Shown here piece by piece: positions 17,426 to 26,390 of a stretch of 64,000 nt of DNA. The stretch covers positions 339,496 to 403,495 of the forward strand of contig CAVTJD010000007.1 of the NCBI GenBank assembly GCA_963734995.1, in the 5' to 3' direction. The position numbers and the translations under genes are program-made. The stretch's first letter is position 1, and the number at the start of each line of letters is the position of its first letter. The stretch is from an uncultured Chloroflexia bacterium (lineage in GTDB: Bacteria; Chloroflexota; Limnocylindria; Limnocylindrales; CSP1-4). Under the pieces are notes generated by a model. That model did no database searches and had not been told where the DNA came from. It saw nothing but the letters and a program-made list of their open reading frames with translations.

Positions 17426-19708
17426 CGAACGGCCGCCTCCACCTCGGCCTCGCTGCGTGGCAGGACCCGGCCCAATGCGCGGTCGAGCTTCGACGGCACC
17501 CACCAGTTCCAGCGGCCCAGCAGGCGCATCGTGGCCGGGACGAGCAGCGCCCGGACCACCGTGGCATCGAGCGCGACCGCGATCGCGATCCCGAGGCCCA
17601 GCGCCTTGATCAGCACGATGTCGGCGAACGCGAACGAGCCGGCCACGACCACCACCACCAGGGCCGCCGAGGAGACGATCCTGCCGCTGCGCTCGAGCCC
17701 CCGGGCGACGGCTTCGGTGTTGTCATGGGTCCGATCCCAGACCTCCTTCATCCGGGTCAGCAGGAACACCTCGTAGTCCATCGACAACCCGAACAGCACG
17801 CAGAACAGGATCACGGGTTGCGTGGTCTCGACGAACCCCAGCGGCTGGAACCCCAGCAGCGCGGACAGGTTGCCGTCCTGGAAGATCCACACCAGCGCCC
17901 CGAAGCTGGCCACGATCGAGAGTGTGTTCATCACCAGCGCCTTGACCGGCAGCACCATCGAGCGAAGCAGCACGAACAGCACCAGGAACGTGGTCACGAC
18001 GATGAACGCGGCAGTGCGCGGGAAGTCGGACCACACGCGGCTGACGACGTCCTCCACATCGGCCGCGCCACCGCCGATCAGAACCGCCATCCCGGCCGGC
18101 GGCGCCAGCGGGCTCGCCGGATCGCGCAGCTCGCGCACGAGCGCCCGCCCGTCCTCGTTGTTGGGACCGAACGGGGTGTACACGGTGAACGCCGTCAGGT
18201 CGGCGCGCGTGGTCGCGGCCAGCGCCGTCGCCGCGTAGCGATCTGGCGGACCTCCGGGTGCGGCATACAGCAGCTGGTACTGCGCCAGGGTCAGGCGCGG
18301 GTCGAGGGTCACCAGGCTGTCCACCCGGACCACCCGCGGGTCGGCCTCCAGGCGCCGGGCGTAGTCGTACAGCAGCGCGACGTTGCCAGGCTGCGTCGCA
18401 TCGCCGGATGTCCGGATGGCGATCTCGATCGGCGCGAACGGCCCCTCTCCGAACTCCCGGGTCAGCGTGTCGAACGCCGCCCTCGACGGAACCGATGCCG
18501 GCAGGATGGTGGCGTCGGGCGCGTTGAACCGCACGTGGAGGAACGGGATGCCCAGCACCAGCAGCAGGCTGAGCGTGGGGACGAGCACGGCGACCGGATG
18601 CCGCATCACCCGTCGCGCGAACCGCGCCCACGGCCCGTCCGCGCCGGGCTCCACGACGACCCGGCGAACCGCCAGTGCGTCGATCCGGGTTCCGACGATC
18701 GCCAGGATCGCGGGCAGCAACGTGATCGCCGATGCAACGGCCAGCCCGACCACGATCGCGCCGGCGATCCCGACCGAGCGCAGGATCATGAACTCGAACA
18801 GCACCAGGCCCAGCAACCCGAGCAGCACCGTGAGGCCCGAGAAGAACACAGCGCGTCCGGCCGTGGCGACGGTGACGCGGACCGCTTCGGCGACCCGGTC
18901 CGGACCGTCGCGCCGAGCGAGCTCCTCGCGGAACCGGCTGGTCATGAGCAGCGAGTAGTCGACGCCCAGACCGAGGCCGAGCAGCGTGGCCAGGTTGAGC
19001 ACGAAGATGCTCATCGGGGTCAGCGACGCCACGACGAAGATGCCCGCCAGGGCCACGAGGACGGCCGTCCCGCCGACCACGAGCGGGATCCCGGCCGCGA
19101 TCACGGATCCGAACACGAGCAGTAGCGCGAGCGCTGCGAGCGGCAGCGAGATCAGCTCGCTTCGCCGAAGGTCGGTCTCGGTCACCGCCTGCACGTCGCC
19201 GTAGAAGGCGGGCCCGCCGCCGATCTGGACGGTCAGGCCCGGCCACCTCGTGGAGCCGCGCCTGGACGGGCGGTATGGCATCAGGCGAGTCGTCCGGCGG
19301 GAGGTCCAGGAACACGATGTCGTAGGCCGTGTGCCCATCGGGCGAGACCTGGCTGGGCGCCATCGCGTGCGACAGGATCCGGGTCACGTGCGGTGCCGAG
19401 GCGACATCGCGCGTTGCGGTTGCGACGGCCGCGTTCCAGGCGGGTGTGCCGGCCGTCATCGTCGCCGAGGTGTACACGAGCACGAACGCCGAGGGCTCGG
19501 CTCCCAGCTCGTCCTGGAGCAGCTGCTTGGCGCGCGCGGATTCGAGGTCATCGAGAATGAAGCCCCCGGGAGACAGCGCGCCGGGGGCGCGCGGAGCGAA
19601 CGGGATCGCGGCCACGATGAGCAGGATCCAGGCGGCCACGATCCACCACCGGCGCCGCACGGCGAACCGACCGAGCCGATCGAACGTCACCGGGGGTCGT
19701 CCGCGCAT
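17422..19708 (-). pseudogene. MMPL-family (RND-type) transporter split over two frames by a 1-nt shift near 19236-19246
   Basis: The N-terminal 155 aa come from ORF 17723..19708 (MRGRPPVTFDRLGRFAVRRRWWIVAAWILL...IPPVQARLHEV). The rest comes from ORF 17422..19338, starting at GLTVQIGGGPAFYGDVQAV...LGLGVDYSLLMTSRFREEL... Both halves are typical MMPL sequence. Confidence 0.75.
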
Positions 19709-19710
19709 GG

Positions 19711-19755
19711 GGCGAATTGGAATACGGCGATTTGGAATACGGCGATTTGGAACAT
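19711..19755. repeat. Three tandem 15-bp direct repeats, GGCGA(A/T)TTGGAA(T/C)A(C/T)
   Basis: ggcgaattggaatac / ggcgatttggaatac / ggcgatttggaacat, beginning 3 nt from the MMPL start codon (19706-19708). An AT-rich patch in a high-GC genome. Confidence 0.8.
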
Positions 19756-19887
19756 GCGTGTCACGGGTAGCATGTTACACGGGATGCGCGCTCACGCCGC
19801 TCGCCCGATTGGTTCTGTTAGCATCGTGCGACCGCCGGCGCAGCGGCATTTCGCGACCCTACCCGTCCCGACTCCGAGGGCCCCCGC

Positions 19888-20223
19888 GTGACGATCTTCA
19901 CGATCTGGTTCCAGGAATTTCCGCAGCACCTCGTGATCCTGCTCGCGGCGTCGACCGTGGCGGGCGCGTTCGTGTTCACGTTCCTCAAGTCTGCCCTGGT
20001 TGCCGAAGGTGGTCGCCCGGGCTGGGCGCGCCGGATCACCGGGCCCAACTCGAAGCTGCTGTTCGCGGCGCTGTTCGTCGTCTGGGCCATCGTGTTCGGG
20101 ATCGGACTCCAGCTGGTGCCGCACGAAGGTGCGAGCTCCCCGTACGGCGGCCTGGGCCTCATCGCCCTGTTCAGCGGCTTCTTCATCGTGATGGGCCTGC
20201 TGTGGAGCGTCATCGGCGACTGA
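19888..20223 (+). CDS. Small integral membrane protein (hypothetical, 111 aa)
   Basis: Three to four hydrophobic helices (LVILLAASTVAGAFVFTFL, LLFAALFVVWAIVFGIGLQLV, LGLIALFSGFFIVMGLLWSVI) and good third-position GC. Confidence 0.55.
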   Translation: MTIFTIWFQEFPQHLVILLAASTVAGAFVFTFLKSALVAEGGRPGWARRITGPNSKLLFAALFVVWAIVFGIGLQLVPHEGASSPYGGLGLIALFSGFFIVMGLLWSVIGD

Positions 20224-20966
20224 CGGCGGCCGGCGAGCCGGCCCGAGCACCTTCCCGGCCCCATTCGGACTTGTGCGGGCCTGAGGTCCTCCCGTAGCGT
20301 CGCTTCTGTCCGGCATCACGTCCCGGAACCTGGCCGGCCGCGGACAGGGCGAGCCCGGACCCGCGTCGACGGCCGGCTCACCACGGCGATCGACTCGGCG
20401 GTTTCGACCGACATGCCGCGCCTGCCTCGGACGCCCTGCCGCCGCGCGGGCACGCGCTGACCCGCCCGGCTGCGCCCGTGACCGACTGCAGCTGTGACCC
20501 AGCCGCGCACGTGCCCCGACTGGTTGGATCGCCACCCGTTCACTGCAGCGGTCCCGCGTGGTGGCCGCATGCCAGATCCGCCAGCTGGGACGGTGGGCGA
20601 GCCTGATCGCGGCACCGCCGCCCACATGGATCGCGCCGCGTACGAGCCGTGCACCGGAGGGGATGAGTCGTGGCTTGGAGGTGTTGAGGACCGCTGGAGG
20701 GCTCTCCTGGCGTTCCAGGCGGCCAGGCGGCCGGCACCCCGAGGCGCCGGCGCCCCGAGGCGGCCAGGCGTTCCAGGCGACCCGCCGCCGCCGCCGAGCG
20801 GTCGCGACATCTCAGCCGGCCAGCACGCCACAGCCGGGCAGTGGCTCCCCGACACCGGCGCTCCTGTGTGCACCGCGTCCCGGGCGCCGGCTCCGATGTC
20901 GCTCGAACCTCGACCGGCAGCCCGCAGCGTGGACGCCCAAGCCGCCCTTCGCTATGATCGAGCTCC

Positions 20967-20979
20967 ATTCACTGTGAAT
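20967..20979. promoter_or_regulatory. Perfect 13-bp palindrome ATTCAC-T-GTGAAT upstream of kamA (candidate operator)
   Basis: Read directly. It lies in the only AT-rich patch (about 20945-20995) of the spacer, roughly 67 nt upstream of the kamA ATG. Confidence 0.3.
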
Positions 20980-21045
20980 AGGTTCTATGCATTGCGCACG
21001 CGGTGCTCGCGACGCCAGGCGCGATGAATGAACGGAGGTGGCTCG

Positions 21046-22602
21046 ATGGAGACGGAGGCGCGGACACGATCCGGCGGCGGCGCGCTGACGGCTGCCGAGG
21101 CCCCGTTCGTCAACCGGCGAGACCCGGCCCAGGCGCTCGGCCCGGACGGCAAGCCCGCGGTCAGCCGTCGGGCGCCGATGTGGGCGGACGTGCCCGACGA
21201 GAAGTGGAATGACTGGCGCTGGCAGCTGTCCAACCGGGTCAACGACCTGGCTGAGATCGAGCAGATCCTGGAGCTCACCGACGAGGAGCGCGAGGGCCTG
21301 TCGGCTCCCGACAAGTTCCGGGTCGATGTCACGCCCTACTTCATCAGCCTGATCGATCCCAGGGATCCGAACGACCCGATCCGACGCCAGATCATCCCGC
21401 TCGGCCGCGAGCTCCACAGCTTCACCGGGATGATGGAGGACAGCCTCGCGGAGGACCGCCACTCCCCTGTGCCGGGTCTCGTCCACCGCTACCCCGACCG
21501 GGTGCTGATGCTGATCACCACCCAGTGCGCGAGCTACTGCCGGTACTGCACCCGGAGCCGGATCGTCGGCGACCCGACCCAGAACTTCAACCGTCGCGAG
21601 CACGAGGCCCAGCTCGACTACATTCGCCGTACGCCCCAGATCCGCGACGTGCTGATCTCCGGTGGCGACGGGCTGACACTCGCGCCCAAGCTGCTCGAGT
21701 CGGCGATCCGCGGGCTGCGCGAGATCCCGCACGTCGAGATCATCCGGATCGGGTCGCGCGTGCCGGTGTTCCTGCCCCAGCGGATCGACGACGAGCTGTG
21801 CGAGATGCTCGCCAAGTACCACCCGATGTGGCTCAACATCCACGTCAACCACCCCAACGAGATCACGCCCGAGCTGGCGCGCGCGTGCGACAAGCTCAGC
21901 CGCGCCGGGATCCCGCTGGGCAACCAGTCGGTGCTTCTGGCGGGCATCAACGACTGCGTCCACATCCAGCGCGACCTGGTCCAGAAGCTGGTGGAGATCC
22001 GGGTCCGGCCCTACTACATCTACCAGTGCGACCTGGTCGAGGGGGCCGGGCATTTCCGAACCCCGGTGGGCAAGGGCCTCGAGATCATCGAGGGCCTGCG
22101 GGGGCACACCTCGGGCTACGCGGTGCCGCAGTACATCATCGATGCGCCCGGTGGTGGCGGGAAGATCCCGGTGATGCCCAACTATGTGGTGTCCTCCTCC
22201 GATCACAAGGTGATCCTGCGCAACTACGAGGGCTACATCACCACGTACGAGGAGCCGACCGAGTACACGCCGCACGACAGCGCACACTGCTCGTACTGCC
22301 AGAACCCGCGGCCCGAGCCAGGTCAGGAGGGCGTGACGGGGCTGCTCGACGGCAAGCGGATGTGGATCGAGCCGGCCGGCTTCACCCAGGTCCACGACCG
22401 CGGCGCGACCGAGACGCATCGCCTCAAGGATCCTTCGAAATGGGTTCCCTACGGCGTCGGGGCGATCGAGGGGCGCTCGTCGGAGGCCGGCGCGGAGCTG
22501 CCGGTGCTCGAGGCCGCCGGCACGCCCGAGTACGGCCCCGGTGAGGAGCCGCGACCCGCCGAGGGGCAGCCGACGGCAACCGCCAACCACGAGCTGCTCT
22601 GA
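21046..22602 (+). CDS. kamA: Lysine 2,3-aminomutase (KamA-family radical SAM enzyme)
   Basis: CASYCRYCTRSR (CxxxCxxC), ISGGDGL, PYYIYQCDLVEGAGHFRT, GYAVPQYIIDAPGGGGK. GGAGGTGG lies 5 nt upstream of ATG 21046 (alternative ATG 21028). Confidence 0.9.
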   Translation: METEARTRSGGGALTAAEAPFVNRRDPAQALGPDGKPAVSRRAPMWADVPDEKWNDWRWQLSNRVNDLAEIEQILELTDEEREGLSAPDKFRVDVTPYFISLIDPRDPNDPIRRQIIPLGRELHSFTGMMEDSLAEDRHSPVPGLVHRYPDRVLMLITTQCASYCRYCTRSRIVGDPTQNFNRREHEAQLDYIRRTPQIRDVLISGGDGLTLAPKLLESAIRGLREIPHVEIIRIGSRVPVFLPQRIDDELCEMLAKYHPMWLNIHVNHPNEITPELARACDKLSRAGIPLGNQSVLLAGINDCVHIQRDLVQKLVEIRVRPYYIYQCDLVEGAGHFRTPVGKGLEIIEGLRGHTSGYAVPQYIIDAPGGGGKIPVMPNYVVSSSDHKVILRNYEGYITTYEEPTEYTPHDSAHCSYCQNPRPEPGQEGVTGLLDGKRMWIEPAGFTQVHDRGATETHRLKDPSKWVPYGVGAIEGRSSEAGAELPVLEAAGTPEYGPGEEPRPAEGQPTATANHELL

Positions 22603-22700
22603 GGCCTGAGGGAGCGGCCGGCGACGCGCACCGAGCCCCGGTGACGCCGTCGTCGCGCCGTCGGCCGGCTGAGATCGGAAGCCCGGTCGGCGCGCCTTGA

Positions 22701-22734
22701 AGCGCTGGCTCCGGCGTCGCGAGCCGGCGCTTTT
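22701..22734 (+). terminator. Intrinsic terminator after kamA
   Basis: AGCGCTGGCTC, a 9-nt loop, then GAGCCGGCGCT (11-bp stem including one G-U pair), followed by TTTT. Confidence 0.7.
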
Positions 22735-22789
22735 CGGTCCGTGTCCGCTGTGCTAGCCTTCAATCCCGACCAACCAACTCGGATATCCG

Positions 22790-23245
22790 ATGTCGAACCC
22801 TCTCGTTGCCCAGCCGGGCGTGATCGGCAGCCGGCCCCCGCCCGACGGGATGCCGGACGTCACCCTCCAGCCGCCGACGATCGCCGAGGCCGGCGATCCG
22901 TTCAGCACGTTGCGGATCGTGGACGTGGTCGCCCGGATCGATCGCGGCCGGCCGGTGCGGATTGACGACCTGGTCGATCGCCTGAATGCGATCCACCTCG
23001 ACTGGCTGTTCACCCGGGCGGTGGTCGTCGACGCGCTGATCGCGCTCCAGGCGAACTGGATGGCCGACTATCGCAACACGTCAGGCATCGTGCTCGATGA
23101 TGGCGCCGCCGGACCGACGCTCACGCTCGAGGACTCGAGCCGCGTCGACCCATGGATCGTCCGCCAGGCGGAGCGCGAAGCGGCCGAATGCCGGCGGGCC
23201 CTCGACGCATTTGCGCGTCGTGACCACATCGCAGGAGGCGGCTGA
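22790..23245 (+). CDS. Hypothetical protein (151 aa)
   Basis: ORF with balanced composition (…FSTLRIVDVVARIDRGRPVRIDDLVDRLNAIHLDWLFTRAVVVDALIALQANWMADY…). I recognise no family. Confidence 0.5.
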   Translation: MSNPLVAQPGVIGSRPPPDGMPDVTLQPPTIAEAGDPFSTLRIVDVVARIDRGRPVRIDDLVDRLNAIHLDWLFTRAVVVDALIALQANWMADYRNTSGIVLDDGAAGPTLTLEDSSRVDPWIVRQAEREAAECRRALDAFARRDHIAGGG

Positions 23246-23434
23246 TGACCAGCCGTCGCGTCTCGGCACCGGCTTCCGGAGGCCGCTGCGCGTGTCCCGG
23301 GCGGACCCGGTCCCGCTGACGGGATCGCGTCCGCCGTCCACTCACCCCGTCCGTGACGGGTCACGCCCCGCCGCCACCGGGCGACTCGGAGCGCGTCCCC
23401 CTCCCCCCGACCATGCGACAGGAGCACCACATTC

Positions 23435-24277
23435 ATGACCGTGTCCGGTTACGCGCGCGACGTCCTCGTCTCAGCCGAATGGGCGGCAGCCCATCTCAAC
23501 GATCGATCGGTCCGGTTCGTCGAGGTCGACGTCGATACCACCGCCTACGACCAGAGCCATATCCCGGGCGCCGTTGCCTGGAGCTGGACGAGCCAGCTGT
23601 CCGACGGCATGCGCCGGGACATCGCATCCCGCGACGATTTCAGCGAGCTGCTGAGCCGCAGCGGGATCGGGCCCGACACCACCATCGTCCTGTACGGCGA
23701 CAACAACAACTGGTTCGCCGCCTGGGCCTACTGGCAGCTCAAGCTGTACGGCGTCGAGCGGGTCAAGCTGCTCAACGGTGGGCGCAGGTACTGGCTCGAC
23801 CACAACCTGCCGCTGTCCACCGACACCCCGTCCTATCCGGCAACCGGCATCCGGCTTCCCGACGCCGACTTCGCGTTCCGCGCGTTCCGCGACGACATCC
23901 TGCCGCGGCTGGGTGACGGCGACCTCGCCCTCGTCGATGTCCGGTCGCCCGCGGAGTTCAGCGGCGAGGTGATCGCCCCGCCCGGCATGACCGAGACGGC
24001 ACAGCGTGGCGGGCACATCCCGGGCGCCGCGTCGATCCCGTGGGCCCAGACCGTGCGCGAGGACGGGACGTTCAAGGACTCCGAGGCGCTCACGGCGCTG
24101 TATGGCGCGAACGGGATCACACCCGACCGCAACGTGATCGCCTACTGCCGGATCGGCGAGCGCTCGTCCCACTCCTGGTTCGTGCTCCACGAGCTGCTGG
24201 GGTTCGAGCGCGTCCGCAACTACGACGGATCGTGGACGGAGTGGGGTTCGATGGTCGGGGTGCCGATCGAGCGCTAG
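23435..24277 (+). CDS. Thiosulfate sulfurtransferase (tandem rhodanese domains)
   Basis: HIPGAV..., active-site loop YCRIGERSSH, C-terminal YDGSWTEWG; 280 aa. Confidence 0.9.
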   Translation: MTVSGYARDVLVSAEWAAAHLNDRSVRFVEVDVDTTAYDQSHIPGAVAWSWTSQLSDGMRRDIASRDDFSELLSRSGIGPDTTIVLYGDNNNWFAAWAYWQLKLYGVERVKLLNGGRRYWLDHNLPLSTDTPSYPATGIRLPDADFAFRAFRDDILPRLGDGDLALVDVRSPAEFSGEVIAPPGMTETAQRGGHIPGAASIPWAQTVREDGTFKDSEALTALYGANGITPDRNVIAYCRIGERSSHSWFVLHELLGFERVRNYDGSWTEWGSMVGVPIER

Positions 24278-24305
24278 ACCGGCCCGGCGCACGCCGCGAC
24301 GTTCA

Positions 24306-25151
24306 TCAGAGCATCGCCGGGTTGGGCAGCAGATATCGCGGGTCCACCAGGTCCGGATCGCTGGCCATGGCCTGATCCTGGTCTTCGATCCGGAAGCCGT
24401 GCTCGAGCAGCAGCCGCAGCACCGGGTTCGGCCCGGGAACGGTCGTCGACACCCGGCCGTCGTGACCGGCTCGGCGCAGGGCCGCGATGATCGGTGCGAC
24501 CGGGTCGGTGTCAGGCCGGATCACGAGGCGACCCAGCGAGCGGGCGGTCGAGCGTGACGACGCGCGAGCGTGGCCCAAAGCCAGTGGTCCGCGCTCATCC
24601 GAGACCAGGAACGGATCGGCGTCCGGCCGGGAGGCCCAGAACGCGTGGTCGACCCGGCGATCGGCACCCGTCCAGGCGTGCTCGATGTCGGCCAGGCGGG
24701 CCGGAGGCGCCTCGTCCACGACGAGGCCGCGCCCCACTGGGGGCAGCGACGACGCGTCGCCCGCGAGGTAGAGGTTGATCCAGGTCGGCAGCATCCCGGC
24801 GCGGACGTAGACGGGGAGCGCTCGCGGGTCCCGGGACGCGAACGTCGTTCGCGTCCGCGCGTCACCGAACAGCTCCCGCAGCAGCTGCCGGCCGATGCCC
24901 CGACCCAGCCGATCCGGGTGCACGAACAGGTCAGCGAGGTGCGTAGAGATGCCCGTCTCGACCGTTGCGCCGTAGCCGACCACCACGTCGTCGTCGGTGG
25001 TTACGAGCGCCCGGTGACGCGCAATGAGGTGGCGCAGGTATGGCCCGGTGATGTCCGGCTGCTGCCCGGGCTCGTCCTCGTCATGCGCCGTCAGGATCTC
25101 GCGGATGGCCGCCACGTCCGCGTCGATGGCCGGCCGGATGCGGGTCGGCAT
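24306..25151 (-). CDS. GNAT-family N-acetyltransferase (two-domain, 281 aa)
   Basis: IRPAIDADVAAIREIL...LFVHPDRLGRGIGRQLL (acetyl-CoA-binding R/Q-x-x-G-x-G/A motif). Confidence 0.75.
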   Translation of the reverse strand: MPTRIRPAIDADVAAIREILTAHDEDEPGQQPDITGPYLRHLIARHRALVTTDDDVVVGYGATVETGISTHLADLFVHPDRLGRGIGRQLLRELFGDARTRTTFASRDPRALPVYVRAGMLPTWINLYLAGDASSLPPVGRGLVVDEAPPARLADIEHAWTGADRRVDHAFWASRPDADPFLVSDERGPLALGHARASSRSTARSLGRLVIRPDTDPVAPIIAALRRAGHDGRVSTTVPGPNPVLRLLLEHGFRIEDQDQAMASDPDLVDPRYLLPNPAML

Positions 25152-26320
25152 CAGGTGCTCGGCGACCGACGGTCAGCCCGCGGACCGCGCCCGTAGCGGG
25201 CCATCACGTCCAGCAGCCGGTCGTGGTCGAGCGCGTGGGCGGTGACGCCATCACGACCGATCATCGTCTCGGCCGCCAGCAGCGCGTTCACGATCGCCGC
25301 CTCGGTCGCCTCGGCCGTCGCCTTGAACAGCGGGGTGAGGCGGTTGTCGGGCACCATCCGGACCGTCATGCTGCGCGGCACCTCGGGTCCCGGCTCGTCG
25401 GCATTGGTGAGCCCTCGGTTGCCGGTGGCGAACGCGAGGATCAGGTCGCCCGACGAGTTGTTGGCCGTGCTCCCCATGCGCGCCAGCCCGAGCGCCGCTC
25501 GCTGCGCGAGGCGCCGGCACTGGTGCGGCAGGAGTGGCGCGTCGGTCGCCACCACCACGATGATCGAGCCGGAGCCGGGCTCCGGGGTCCGCGCCGCATC
25601 CGCGCGCGGCTCGGCCGGGTACGGGGTGGGCACGTCCGACACCGGGATCTCGAGGCCCACGGGCACACCGTCGACGCGGAGCTGCTCGCGCTCGCCGTAG
25701 TTCGCCTGGACCAGGACACCCACCGTCCAGCCGGCGTCGGGCGCGGGGGTGAGCCGTGACGCGGTGCCGATCCCGCCCTTGAACTCGTGGCACACCATGC
25801 CCGTGCCCCCGCCGACGTTGCCCTGGGCGACCGGACCGCCGGCCGCGCCATCGAGGGCTGCGTCGACGTGCGCCGGTCTGACATGGAGCCCGTCGACGTC
25901 GTTGAGACCGCCGTCCCACGTCTCACCCACGACCGGCAGCGACCACAGGCCGCCCTCGTGGCGGCGGTGAGCGATGCCATACGCGACCAACGCGTCGCGA
26001 ACGACACCCACGCTGTGGGTGTTGGTGATCGCCACCGGACCGCCGAGCAAACCGGCCTCGCGGATCCACTCCAGCCCCGTGAGCTCGCCGTTGCCGTTGA
26101 GCCGGTGGCTGCCGGCGAAGACCGGCTCGGTCCATACGTCGCCATCGTGGGGGAGCACGACGGTGACGCCCGTCCGCACCGGCCCCGAGCCCACCACCAG
26201 CGGACCCTCGCCGGAGATCAGTGTCGTGTGGCCCACGCGGACGCCACCGACGTCGGTGATCGCATCCAGCGGGCCGGGGTCGAGGCGGCCGATGCGAAGA
26301 CCGAGATCGCGGGCGGACAC
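25151..26320 (-). CDS. DmpA/BapA-type aminopeptidase (peptidase family S58/P1)
   Basis: ITDVGGVRVGHTT..., NGNGELTG, GGGTGMVCHEFKGGIGTASR, NSSGDLILAF. GTG start at 26320. Confidence 0.8.
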   Translation of the reverse strand: MSARDLGLRIGRLDPGPLDAITDVGGVRVGHTTLISGEGPLVVGSGPVRTGVTVVLPHDGDVWTEPVFAGSHRLNGNGELTGLEWIREAGLLGGPVAITNTHSVGVVRDALVAYGIAHRRHEGGLWSLPVVGETWDGGLNDVDGLHVRPAHVDAALDGAAGGPVAQGNVGGGTGMVCHEFKGGIGTASRLTPAPDAGWTVGVLVQANYGEREQLRVDGVPVGLEIPVSDVPTPYPAEPRADAARTPEPGSGSIIVVVATDAPLLPHQCRRLAQRAALGLARMGSTANNSSGDLILAFATGNRGLTNADEPGPEVPRSMTVRMVPDNRLTPLFKATAEATEAAIVNALLAAETMIGRDGVTAHALDHDRLLDVMARYGRGPRADRRSPST

Positions 26321-26390
26321 GGCATCCCTCCGGTGGTGGCCGTCGATCCACGCACCGATCGTGGTCGTGCGGCACCCCTATCATCGACCC

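Noticed and set aside
20330-20400. Minus-strand GTCCGGGCTCGCCCTGTCCG…GGACAGAAG, which resembles the GAAAGUCCGGGC / ACAGAA elements of RNase P RNA.
   Set aside because: The obligatory GAGGAAAG prefix is missing. So are the GGUAAGAGCGCACC-type P10-P12 elements and the rest of the conserved core. The match is only a short GC-rich coincidence.
20640-21045. Possible lysine riboswitch upstream of kamA.
   Set aside because: I could not find the conserved lysine-element core (AGAGGNGC…, GGGGAGC…GCCGAAG, CUGUCA-type segments).
20812-22590. 592-aa ORF antisense to kamA.
   Set aside because: Arg/Pro/Gly/Val-rich composition typical of the shadow frame of a high-GC gene. The sense strand carries unmistakable KamA motifs.
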